From: Yuukianura sp. NJ FZ-2021
Taxonomy: Eukaryota
Reading direction: 5' to 3'
NCBI GenBank assembly: GCA_046563655.1
Contig: CM102287.1
Coordinates: forward strand, 1,054,001-1,118,000
Length of the DNA stretch: 64,000 nt
The translations under genes and the position numbers were made by a program. Below the pieces are notes generated by a model, which had not been told where the DNA came from, did no database searches, and saw only the letters and a program-made list of their open reading frames with translations. Shown in pieces: positions 21,710 to 32,200 of the stretch; the first letter of the stretch is position 1; every line of letters begins with the position of its first letter.

Positions 21710-22510
21710 ATGGCGCATCAACAGCGTGACACCTCATTTTTTGTAACATTACAATCAAACGCATGTATGGATTTATTTCCAGATAATAAAATTTCAAATT
21801 TCAAGAACCGTTTTTCCACAACAATCTCACTGCCAGCTGGGCAATGGGAAGTTCCGCTCACAGAAATTTCATACACATTTGGAAATGCAATAATACATTC
21901 TGGTGACGTGTTATTTTCAACTTTCAAAAAAAGTGAAGATGAGTCAGTATCAAGCCTACAAACATATGTTTGTAGCAGAAACATTACGAGTGAACAGGAA
22001 CTGTTACAAGACCTTTCATCTGCTCTAACCGGAGCAACTTTTGAAATTAGGGACCACATCTTCTATTATCAATTCCCTTTGCTACATGAAGGAATTATAG
22101 TTTCCCAAAAATTGGTTGATATACTTGGACTACCTAAAGCAAATCTTTCTGTAACAAGTAGTGCTAAAGCTACAGAAAAACTTTTTTTAAAACAACCTTT
22201 TCAACTCAAAGGTCAAGGAACAATGCCAGTGTTTTTTAATACTGGAAATACAAAAATGTTTGTATACTGTAACCTAATTAAACCACAATTTGTTGGAAAT
22301 GTACTTGTACAGTGTCTGAGAGTTGTCAATTATGATGGACACATACGACGCCAAGTTGTAAATGAATTTACACATCCATATTTTTTGGACCTTGCCGTAA
22401 GTGAGTTTGACACTGTCAAGATCTATTTATTAAATGAAGTTGGAGAAAATCTGGCATTACAATTTGGAAACGTGACGGCGACACTTCGCTTCCGTCAGCG
22501 AAAATATTAA
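21710..22510 (+). CDS. Minor capsid protein (penton)
   Basis: FFVTLQSN..FPDN..F, WEV.LTEISY, MFVYCNLI..QFVGN..LRVV, HPYF, TLRFR. Homologous to 58537-59283. Confidence 0.88.
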   Translation: MAHQQRDTSFFVTLQSNACMDLFPDNKISNFKNRFSTTISLPAGQWEVPLTEISYTFGNAIIHSGDVLFSTFKKSEDESVSSLQTYVCSRNITSEQELLQDLSSALTGATFEIRDHIFYYQFPLLHEGIIVSQKLVDILGLPKANLSVTSSAKATEKLFLKQPFQLKGQGTMPVFFNTGNTKMFVYCNLIKPQFVGNVLVQCLRVVNYDGHIRRQVVNEFTHPYFLDLAVSEFDTVKIYLLNEVGENLALQFGNVTATLRFRQRKY

Positions 22511-22525
22511 AACCACAAAAACAAA

Positions 22526-22975
22526 ATGAGAGCCCTAGTCCCATACAATTGTGCGAGAGATGGTACTCAAAATTTCTTCAAATTTTCAACCCATCCCTCC
22601 TCTCTTCATCAAGTTGGTTATGGATCCCCCATATTTTTTTCTGGAGTACGAAGACAAAAGGGAGCAGGGTTAGGAGCCGTGCTAGGCACATTTGCAAGAA
22701 GGCTAGTACCATTTTTAAAAAAATATATCGCTCCGCATGCATTGTCTGCAGCCCGCTCAGTTGCATCCGACCTAATTGAACATAAACGACCAATCTCTGA
22801 ATCACTTCGTTCCCACGGTATAGACGCTCCTAAAGGAGTAGGACGGGACTTGCTGAGTGAGACAGGATCTGGACGGCGAGCCGTAAAGAAGCGTAAAAAA
22901 CGAAAGAAAGGGAAGAAGAAGAAGAAAATTATCAAAAAGAAAATAAAACCCTCCAAACCAAGATACCTATTTTGA
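22526..22975 (+). CDS. Basic core/membrane-active virion protein with protease-cleavage QxGxG motifs
   Basis: QVGYG, RRQKGAGLG + amphipathic helix, ETGSG + Lys/Arg tail. Confidence 0.85.
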   Translation: MRALVPYNCARDGTQNFFKFSTHPSSLHQVGYGSPIFFSGVRRQKGAGLGAVLGTFARRLVPFLKKYIAPHALSAARSVASDLIEHKRPISESLRSHGIDAPKGVGRDLLSETGSGRRAVKKRKKRKKGKKKKKIIKKKIKPSKPRYLF

Positions 22976-22997
22976 ACAACAACAACAACAACAAAAA

Positions 22998-24344
22998 ATG
23001 CCGAAAGTTAGGTCTTCTAAAGTTTCTCCTAGCACAGCTTCTTCTTCTTTGCCTTACACATTTGTTAGATCAGAAACACAACTCTTTGAAGAACCAATCT
23101 TTGATGTTAGTCTCGCATCAACCTCAGCTACGGAATTCCATTCAATCAACTCACTTTCAGACAATCAAGCCCCTCTGGAATTTTTTGTACAAGGAAATCA
23201 AACTGAACTAATCGACTTGTCTGAAACGAAACTTTATTTAAAAGTTAAAATTGTAAAGTTGAACGGCACGGATTTGGATGACAACAGCATTGTTTCTCCA
23301 GCCAACAATTTTCTTCACTCGCTATTTCTACATTGTTCCATCTATCTCAATGAAGTTTTAATTACTCCTGCAAGTTTACAGTATGCCTACAGAGCATACT
23401 TGGAAACTTTACTCGGATATGGAAAAGAATACAAACGCTCTCAAAGTCAATGCTCACTTTTCTACAAGGATAAGGATCCTAAATGTACAGATGAAACAAA
23501 GGAAGATGGATTTAAACAAAGGTACACATTTGCAGTCAAAAGCAAAACAATTGAAATGGTTGGACGTTCATTTACCGACCTTTGTGTCCAAAACAAATTT
23601 CTCGTTCCTTCAATAGACTTACGGATTTCCTTTTTAAGATCCACACCAGAGTTTTGTCTCGTTGCCAAAACAGCTGGTAACTACCAAGTTCAAATTCAAG
23701 ATGCTCGTCTCATTGTACAGCGCCATCAACTTCTTCCCTCATTACTAACTTCAATTCTCCAAACTTGGGAGCATGGAAGGCCAGCAACATATCCAATGAA
23801 ACGAGTTGAAATTAAAACATATACTCTATCCCCTGGCACAGTTACCAACGTCAACGAAAATCTCATTTCTGGTGTCATATGTGATCGACTACTAATTGGA
23901 CTTTTACCTTCAAAAAACTACATTGGATCTATAACCACAAATCCATTTGCATTTGAACACTTTGATTTGAGCTACATAATTGTTAGCATTAATGGTGACT
24001 CTGGAACTTCACTTGGGACACATGTAGACTTCACGCAAGATCAATATGTTCAACTCTACCACAATCTGTTTTGTAGTCTCGGAATTGCCAACGATGACGT
24101 TGGACTAGATTTGAACCGTGAAGAATTCAAATCTCATCCGCTTATGCTATATAATCTCAGACATTCAAAAGAAGGTTTTCCTACTCCCAAATACGGCAAC
24201 GTCAAAATTGATCTAAAATTTAAAACTGCACTCAAAAGCTCTGTCACCGTCCTTGTCTACGCCGAATTTCAATCCGTCCTACATATTGATTCCTCAAAAT
24301 CAGTATGCATTAGAGACTACAGTCTTGCCAGCCTTCAACAATGA
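22998..24344 (+). CDS. Major capsid protein (double jelly-roll)
   Basis: LF..P, IDL..L, NNFLHSLF, YAYRAYLETLL.YG, NPF.F.HF, G.VKI..F motifs. Homologous to 55693-57021. Confidence 0.92.
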   Translation: MPKVRSSKVSPSTASSSLPYTFVRSETQLFEEPIFDVSLASTSATEFHSINSLSDNQAPLEFFVQGNQTELIDLSETKLYLKVKIVKLNGTDLDDNSIVSPANNFLHSLFLHCSIYLNEVLITPASLQYAYRAYLETLLGYGKEYKRSQSQCSLFYKDKDPKCTDETKEDGFKQRYTFAVKSKTIEMVGRSFTDLCVQNKFLVPSIDLRISFLRSTPEFCLVAKTAGNYQVQIQDARLIVQRHQLLPSLLTSILQTWEHGRPATYPMKRVEIKTYTLSPGTVTNVNENLISGVICDRLLIGLLPSKNYIGSITTNPFAFEHFDLSYIIVSINGDSGTSLGTHVDFTQDQYVQLYHNLFCSLGIANDDVGLDLNREEFKSHPLMLYNLRHSKEGFPTPKYGNVKIDLKFKTALKSSVTVLVYAEFQSVLHIDSSKSVCIRDYSLASLQQ

Positions 24345-24911
24345 ATACACAACAAATTTACTCTTATCTGGCGAAAATTGTTGGCAAACATCCTTCCACT
24401 TTTGATGTAATGATGATGATGATCATTTAAATACCATGGAAATTTTCACCTATCCTCTTCTACTTGTCGTCAACAGTGCTCCTTCTCATCATTTAGGACA
24501 ACATTGGCTAGCCCTGTTTAGAGAAATTTCAAAATCTCCATTAACATTTGTAGATTCCTACTACAAATGTTAATTTCCTACTACAAATGATTTGTAGATT
24601 CCTATGGACTCGGTGTAGAAATTTATGATGTAGCTCTGCAAAATTTTGCCAAACGTTTAAACACAACCATAATCGAAAATACAAAACAACTTCAAAGTAT
24701 AAATTCTACAGTTTGTGGTGAGTATGCAGTTTACTTTCTGTTTAATCTTTTGCATTCCTGCTGTTTAATGTCAATCTACTGTAACTTTACATCAAACACT
24801 ATCAGAAATGATAGACTAGGTAAGCGGTTTGTCAGAAAATTGCTACGTCAAATAATAAAAACTATCCCCTACTATGGCCCAACTCAATGTTGTACCCCAC
24901 ATACTAAATAA
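24341..24911 (+). pseudogene. Adenain-like cysteine protease, disrupted
   Basis: MNTQQI, VVNS..GQHWLA, FVDSYG, QLQ..STVCGEY, ND. Frameshift at ~24410 and insertion at ~24561-24604. Confidence 0.88.
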
Positions 24912-25007
24912 GAACAACAAGTAAACGCTCTTTTTTTCTTAATGCTGCACAACACTCACAATGGAGCTTTTATTTTTCAAAAACACTATTCCTCAAAAAT
25001 AACATTT

Positions 25008-25390
25008 CTAATCGTGAGGCATATCTTCAAATTCCTCCTTGGCAGAAGCGACGTCTCTCAAGCAGCTTTGGAGTGTGTCCGTAGCCTTGTCCAAATCACA
25101 CCCGACGGCGCGGCAATAAATGTTGGTTAATTTCCGCATCACATATGGAATGTTCCGCTCCTCAAAGTTGACCACCTTTCCCTTGCGTTTAAAGTAAACC
25201 CAAGTGTAGGGCCTTCCTTGAAACATCGAGTCCCGATGAAAAACTTCCAACTTTTTGTCATCGTCCACATAATTCAATACCTCACGATCCACGCCGTCAT
25301 TTACGACCGCTTCATCTCCTAATACACACAAAAAAATCACATTTCCCCTTCGTTTCTATTGTATTAAAAAAAATTACCTTTCTTGTCCAT
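25008..25390 (-). CDS. Hypothetical spliced protein (exons 25378-25390, 25008-25318)
   Basis: ATG GAC AAG AAA G|GTAATT...TATTAG|GA GAT GAA keeps the frame. Confidence 0.55.
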
Positions 25391-25572
25391 TGTTAAACGT
25401 AAGAGCTTCCTTCTCCAAATGCTTCTCAGAAACTGAATGATTTGACATGCAACAAGTGCCATGATTTTATACCCCACACAACACGTATTGATAACGACTT
25501 TTTATTCAATCCAAAAGGGGAGACAGAAAAACGTTTACATTTCAAAATTAGGCATGAGTCATATAGTGACGA

Positions 25573-26196
25573 TTACCAATTTGCATAGTCAGCAGCAATC
25601 GTTTCCAACTCCTTCGCCAGCAAGCCCTTTGCTTCCATGTCATCACCAAACTTAAATGTAAACGACTTTCCTGCCAAAATCTGCCCTCCCCTGGTGCTTG
25701 CCGAATGCCCTCTTCCATTTTCCACCACCACAAGAACCCCTAAAGCATCAGCTGCAGCCAAAATCTTGTTCCAGCATTCCTTGTCCTGCTCAAAGCTGAA
25801 CCTTGTTTGCTGACAGACACCGGACAAAGAAATTTCTCGCAAGGCTGGAAGTCTTGGAACTAGTTCCATGAACACCACATGGTCAACCCCGCAAGAAAAA
25901 TCAATGTGACCCCCAAGGCGGTCCAAATGTAGTTTTCTCAAATTTGGTAGAGATGCAATCGATCTAACTAGCTCCCCACGTAACACATTTGCACCGACCA
26001 GTGTAAGCTTGTTGATGGACTTTGGATAATTCTGCTGATACACAGTTTTGAGGAACCCTTGAAATCTGCCATGTCCAAAGAAGAATGGGCTGTGGCTGTG
26101 TGGAATAAACTCCAGACGCAATTCTGTCAAATTATTCAGTTCATCCAACCCCTCAATCCTCCTAACGAAAGTAAAACGTTTTACGTTCTTGGACAC
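25573..26196 (-). CDS. Leucine-rich-repeat protein (5' end missing or uncertain)
   Basis: LxxLxL repeats: LNNLTELRL, INKLTL, LPNLRKLHL, LPALREISL. Confidence 0.6.
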   Translation of the reverse strand: MSKNVKRFTFVRRIEGLDELNNLTELRLEFIPHSHSPFFFGHGRFQGFLKTVYQQNYPKSINKLTLVGANVLRGELVRSIASLPNLRKLHLDRLGGHIDFSCGVDHVVFMELVPRLPALREISLSGVCQQTRFSFEQDKECWNKILAAADALGVLVVVENGRGHSASTRGGQILAGKSFTFKFGDDMEAKGLLAKELETIAADYANW

Positions 26197-26216
26197 ACGC
26201 TCTTGGACATGCTACT

Positions 26217-29200
26217 ATTCTAGAAAAACTACCTTTCTAAATACCCAACTTTGAAAGTGTACTCACATCAATTTCAAGTCGGTGAATCCGAATTTGCAAT
26301 TAGATCTCACCGGAAATCCATATTTCTCGAGATACAGCCATTTTGTGAATTTGCAGAGCAATTTAACCCCCTTAAAAATTCTATAAAAACTACCTTTCTA
26401 AATACCCAACTTTGAAAGAGTACTCACATCAATTTCAAGTCGTTGAATCCGATTTTGCAATTAGATTTCACCGGAAATCCATATTTCTCGAGATACAGCC
26501 ATTTTGTGAATTTGCAGAGCAATTTAACCATCTTCAAAATTCTATAAAAACTACCTTTCTAAATACACACCTTTGAAAGTGTACTCACATCAATTTCAAG
26601 TCGGGGAATCCGAATTCGCAATTAGATTTCACCGGAAATCCATATTTCTCGAAATACAGCCATTTTGTGAATTTGCAGAGCAATTTTACCGCCTACAAAA
26701 TTCTAGAAAAACTACCTTTTTAAATGTCCACCTTTGAAAGTATACTCACATCAATTTCAAGTCGGTGAATCCGAATTTGCAATCAGATTTCACCGGAAAT
26801 CCATATTTCTCGAGATACAGCCATTTTGTGAATTTGCAGAGCAATTTAACCCCCTTCAAAATTCTAGAAAAACTACCTTTCTAAATACCCACCTTTGAAA
26901 GTGTACTCACATCAATTTCAATTCGGTGAATCCGAATTTGCAATTAGATTTCACCGGAAATCCATATTTCTCGAGATACAGCCATTTTGTGAATTTGCGG
27001 ATTAATTTAACCCCCTTCAAAATTCTAGAAAAACTACCTTTCTAAATACCCAACTTTGAAAGTGTAATCACCTCAATTTCAAGTCGGTGAATCCAAATTC
27101 GCAATTAGATTTCACCGGAAATCCATATTTCTCGAGATACAGCCAATTTGTGAATTTGCAGAGCAATTTAACCCCCTTCAAAATTCTTGAAAAACTACCT
27201 TTCTAAATACCCACCTTTGAAAGTGTACTCACATCAATTTCAAGTCGGTGAATCCGAATTTGCAATTAGATTTCACCGGCAATCCATATTTCTCGAGATA
27301 CAGCCATTTTGTGAATTTGCAGAGCAATTTAACCACCTTCAAAATTCTAGAAAAACTACCTTTCTAAATACCCAACTTTGAAAGTGTACTCACATCAATT
27401 TCAAGTCGTTGAATCCGAATTTGCAATTAGATTTCACCGGAAATCCATATTTCTTGAGATACAGCCATTTTGTGAATTTGCAGAGCAATTTAACCCCCTT
27501 CAAAATTCTAGAAAAACTACCTTTCTAAATACCCAACTTTGAAAGTGTAATCACATCAATTTCAAGTCGGTGAATCCAAATTCGCAATTAGATTTCACCG
27601 GAAATCCATATTTCTCGAGATACCGCCATTTTGTGAATTTGCAGAGCAACTTAACCACCTTCAAAATTCTATAAAAACTATCTTTCTAAATACCCAACTT
27701 TGAAAGTATACTCACATCAATTTCAAGTCGGTGAATCCGAATTTGCAATCAGATTTCACCGGAAATCCATATTTCTCGAGATACAGCCATTTTGTGAATT
27801 TGCGGAGCAATTTAACCCCTTCAAAATTCTAGAAAAACTACCTTTCTAAATACCCAACTTTGAAAGTGTAATCACATCAATTTCAAGTCGGTGAATCCAA
27901 ATTCGCAATTCGATTTCACCGGAAATCCATATTTCTCGAGATACAGCCATTTTGTGAATTTGCAGAGCAATTTAACCCCCTTCAAAATTCTAGAAAAACT
28001 ACCTTTCTAAATACCCAACTTTGAAAGTGTAATCACATCAATTTCAAGTCGGTGAATCCAAATTCGCAATTAGATTTCACCGGAAATCCATATTTCTCGA
28101 GATACAGCCATTTTGTGAATTTGCAGAGCAATTTAACCCCCTTCAAAATTCTTGAAAAACTACCTTTCTAAATACCCACCTTTGAAAGTGTACTCACATC
28201 AATTTCAAGTCGGTGAATCCGAATTTGCAATTAGATTTCACCGGCAATCCATATTTCTCGAGATACAGCCATTTTGTGAATTTGCAGAGCAATTTAACCA
28301 CCTTCAAAATTCTAGAAAAACTACTTTTCTAAATACGCAACTTTGAAAGTTTACTCACATCAATTTCAAGTCGTTGAATCCGAATTTGCAATTAGATTTC
28401 ACCGGAAATCCATATTTCTTGAGATACAGCCATTTTGTGAATTTGCAGAGCAATTTAACCCCCTTCAAAATTCTAGAAAAACTACCTTTCTGAATACCCA
28501 ACTTTGAAAGTGTAATCACATCAATTTCAAGTCGGTGAATCCAAATTCGCAATTAGATTTCACCGGAAATCCATATTTCTCGAGATACCGCCATATTGTG
28601 AATTTGCAGAGCAACTTAACCACCTTCAAAATTCTATAAAAACTATCTTTCTAAATACCCAACTTTGAAAGTATACTCACATCAATTTCAAGTCGGTGAA
28701 TCCGAATTTGCAATCAGATTTCACCGGAAATCTATATTTCTCGAGATACAGCCATTTTGTGAATTTGCGGAGCAATTTAACCCCCTTCAAAATTCTAGAA
28801 AAACACCTTTCTAAATACCCAACTTTGAAAGTGTAATCACATCAATTTCAAGTCGGTGAATCCGAATTTGCAATTAGATCTCACCGGAAATCCATATTTC
28901 TCGAGATACAGCCATTTTGTGAATTTGCAGAGCAATTTAACCCCCTTCAAAATTCTAGAAAAACTACCTTTCTAAATACCCAACTTTGAAAGTGTACTCA
29001 CATCAATTTCAAGTCGGTGAATCCGAATTTGCAATTTGATCTCACCGGAAATCCATATTTCTCGAGATACAGCCATTTTGTGAATTTGCGGAGCAATTTA
29101 ACCCCTACAAAATTCTAGAAAAACTACCTTTCTAAATACCCAACTTTGACAGTATACTCACATCAATTTCAAGTCGGTGAATCCAAATTTCGCAATTAGA

Positions 29201-32200
29201 TTTCACCGGAAATCCATATTTCTCGAGATACCGCCATTTTGTGAATTTGCAGAGCAACTTAACCACCTTCAAAATTCTATAAAAACTATCTTTCTAAATA
29301 CCCAACTTTGAAAGTATACTCACATCAATTTCAAGTCGGTGAATCCGAATTTGCAATCAGATTTCACCGGAAATCCATATTTCTCGAGATACAGCCATTT
29401 TGTGAATTTGCAGAGCAATTTAACCCCCTTCAAAATTCTAGAAAAACTACCTTTCTAAATACCCAACTTTGAAAGTGTACTCACATCAATTTCAAGTCGG
29501 TGAATCCGAATTTGCAATTTGATCTCACCGGAAATCCATATTTCTCGAGATACAGCCATTTTGTGAATTTGCGGAGCAATTTAACCCCCTACAAAATTCT
29601 AGAAAAACTACCTTTCTAAATACCCAACTTTGAAAGTATACTCACATCAATTTCAAGTCGGTGAATCCAAATTCGCAATTAGATTTCACCGGAAATCCAT
29701 ATTTCTCGGGATACCGCCATTTTGTGAATTTGCAGAGCAACTTAACCACCTTCAAAATTCTATAAAAACTATCCTTCTAAATACCCAACTTTGAAAGTAT
29801 ACTCACATCAATTTCAAGTCGGTGAATCCGAATTTGCAATCAGATTTCACCGGAAATCCATATTTCTCGAGATACAGCCATTTTGTGAATTTGCGGAGCA
29901 ATTTAACCCCTTCAAAATTCTAGAAAAACACCTTTCTAAATACCCAACTTTGAAAGTGTAATCACATCAATTTCAAGTCGGTGAATCCAAATTCGCAATT
30001 AGATTTCACCGGAAATCCATATTTCTCGAGATACAGCCATTTTGTGAATTTGCGGAGCAATTTAACCCCCTTCAAAATTCTAGAAAAACACCTTTCTAAA
30101 TACCCAACTTTGAAAGTGTAATCACATCAATTTCAAGTCGGTGAATCCAAATTCGCAATTAGACTTCACCGGAAATCCATATTTCTCGAGATACCGCCAT
30201 TTTGTGAATTTGCAGAGCAACTTAACCCCCTTCAAAATTCTAGAAAAACTACCTTTCTAAATACCCACCTTTGAAAGTGTACTCACATCAATTTCAATTC
30301 GGTGAATCCGAATTTGCAATTAGATTTCACCGGAAATCCATATTTCTCGAGATACAGCCATTTTGTGAATTTGCGGATTAATTTAACCCCTTCAAAATTC
30401 TAGAAAAACTACCTTTCTAAATACCCAACTTTGAAAGTGTAATCACCTCAATTTCAAGTCGGTGAATCCAAATTCGCAATTAGATTTCACCGGAAATCCA
30501 TATTTCTCGAGATACAGCCAATTTGTGAATTTGCAGAGCAATTTAACCCCCTTCAAAATTCTTGAAAAACTACCTTTCTAAATACCCACCTTTGAAAGTG
30601 TACTCACATCAATTTCAAGTCGGTGAATCCGAATTTGCAATTAGATTTCACCGGCAATCCATATTTCTCGAGATACAGCCATTTTGTGAATTTGCAGAGC
30701 AATTTAACCACCTTCAAAATTCTAGAAAAACTACCTTTCTAAATACCCAACTTTGAAAGTGTACTCACATCAATTTCAAGTCGTTGAATCCGAATTTGCA
30801 ATTAGATTTCACCGGAAATCCATATTTCTTGAGATACAGCCATTTTGTGAATTTGCAGAGCAATTTAACCTTCAAAATTCTAGAAAAACTACCTTTCTAA
30901 ATACCCAACTTTGAAAGTGTAATCACATCAATTTCAAGTCGGTGAATCCAAATTCGCAATTAGATTTCACCGGAAATCCATATTTCTCGAGATACCGCCA
31001 TTTTGTGAATTTGCAGAGCAACTTAACCACCTTCAAAATTCTATAAAAACTACCTTTCTAAATACGCAACTTTGAAAGTTTACTCACATCAATTTCAAGT
31101 CGGTGAATCCGAATTTGCAATCAGATTTCACCGGAAATCCTATATTTCTCGAGATACAGCCATTTTGTGAATTTGCGGAGCAATTTAACCCCTTCAAAAT
31201 TCTAGAAAAACACCTTTCTAAATACCCAACTTTGAAAGTGTAATCACATCAATTTCAAGTCGGTGAATCCGAATTTGCAATTAGATCTCACCGGAAATCC
31301 ATATTTCTCGAGATACAGCCATTTTGTGAATTTGCAGAGCAATTTAACCCCCTTCAAAATTCTTGAAAAACTACCTTTCTAAATACCCACCTTTGAAAGT
31401 GTACTCACATCAATTTCAAGTCGGTGAATCCGAATTTGCAATTAGATTTCACCGGCAATCCATATTTCTCGAGATACAGCCATTTTGTGAATTTGCAGAG
31501 CAATTTAACCACCTTCAAAATTCTAGAAAAGCTACCTTTCTAAATACCCAACTTTGAAAGTGTACTCACTTCAATTTCAAGTCGTTGAATCCGAATTTGC
31601 AATTAGATTTCACCGGAAATCCATATTTCTTGAGATACAGCCATTTTGTGAATTTGCAGAGCAATTTAACCCCTTCAAAATTCTAGAAAAACTACCTTTC
31701 TAAATGCCCAACTTTGAAAGTGTAATCACATCAATTTCAAATCGGTGAATCCAAATTCGCAATTAGATTTCACCGGAAATCCATATTTCTCGAGATACCG
31801 CCATTTTGTGAATTTGCAGAGCAACTTAACCACCTTCAAAATTCTATAAAAACTGTCTTTCTAAATACCCAACTTTGAAAGTATACTCACATCAATTTCA
31901 AGTCGGTGAATCCGAATTTGCAATCAGATTTCACCGGAAATCCATATTTCTCGAGATACAGCCATTTTGTGAATTTGCGGAGCAATTTAACCCCCTTCAA
32001 AATTCTAGAAAAACACCTTTCTAAATACCCAACTTTGAAAGTGTGATCACATCAATTTCAAGTCGGTGAATCCGAATTTGCAATTAGATCTCACCGGAAA
32101 TCCATATTTCTCGAGATACAGCCATTTTGTGAATTTGCAGAGCAACTTAACCACCTTCAAAATTCTATAAAAACTGTCTTTCTAAATACCCAACTTTGAA

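Larger units (their letters stand above)
1..26216 (+). mobile_element. Polinton/Maverick (adintovirus-like) element A, decayed; left end outside window
   Basis: Collinear PolB, packaging ATPase, integrase remnant, penton, QxGxG core protein, major capsid and adenain-like protease. Ends ...CATGCTACT directly against the satellite. Confidence 0.93.
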
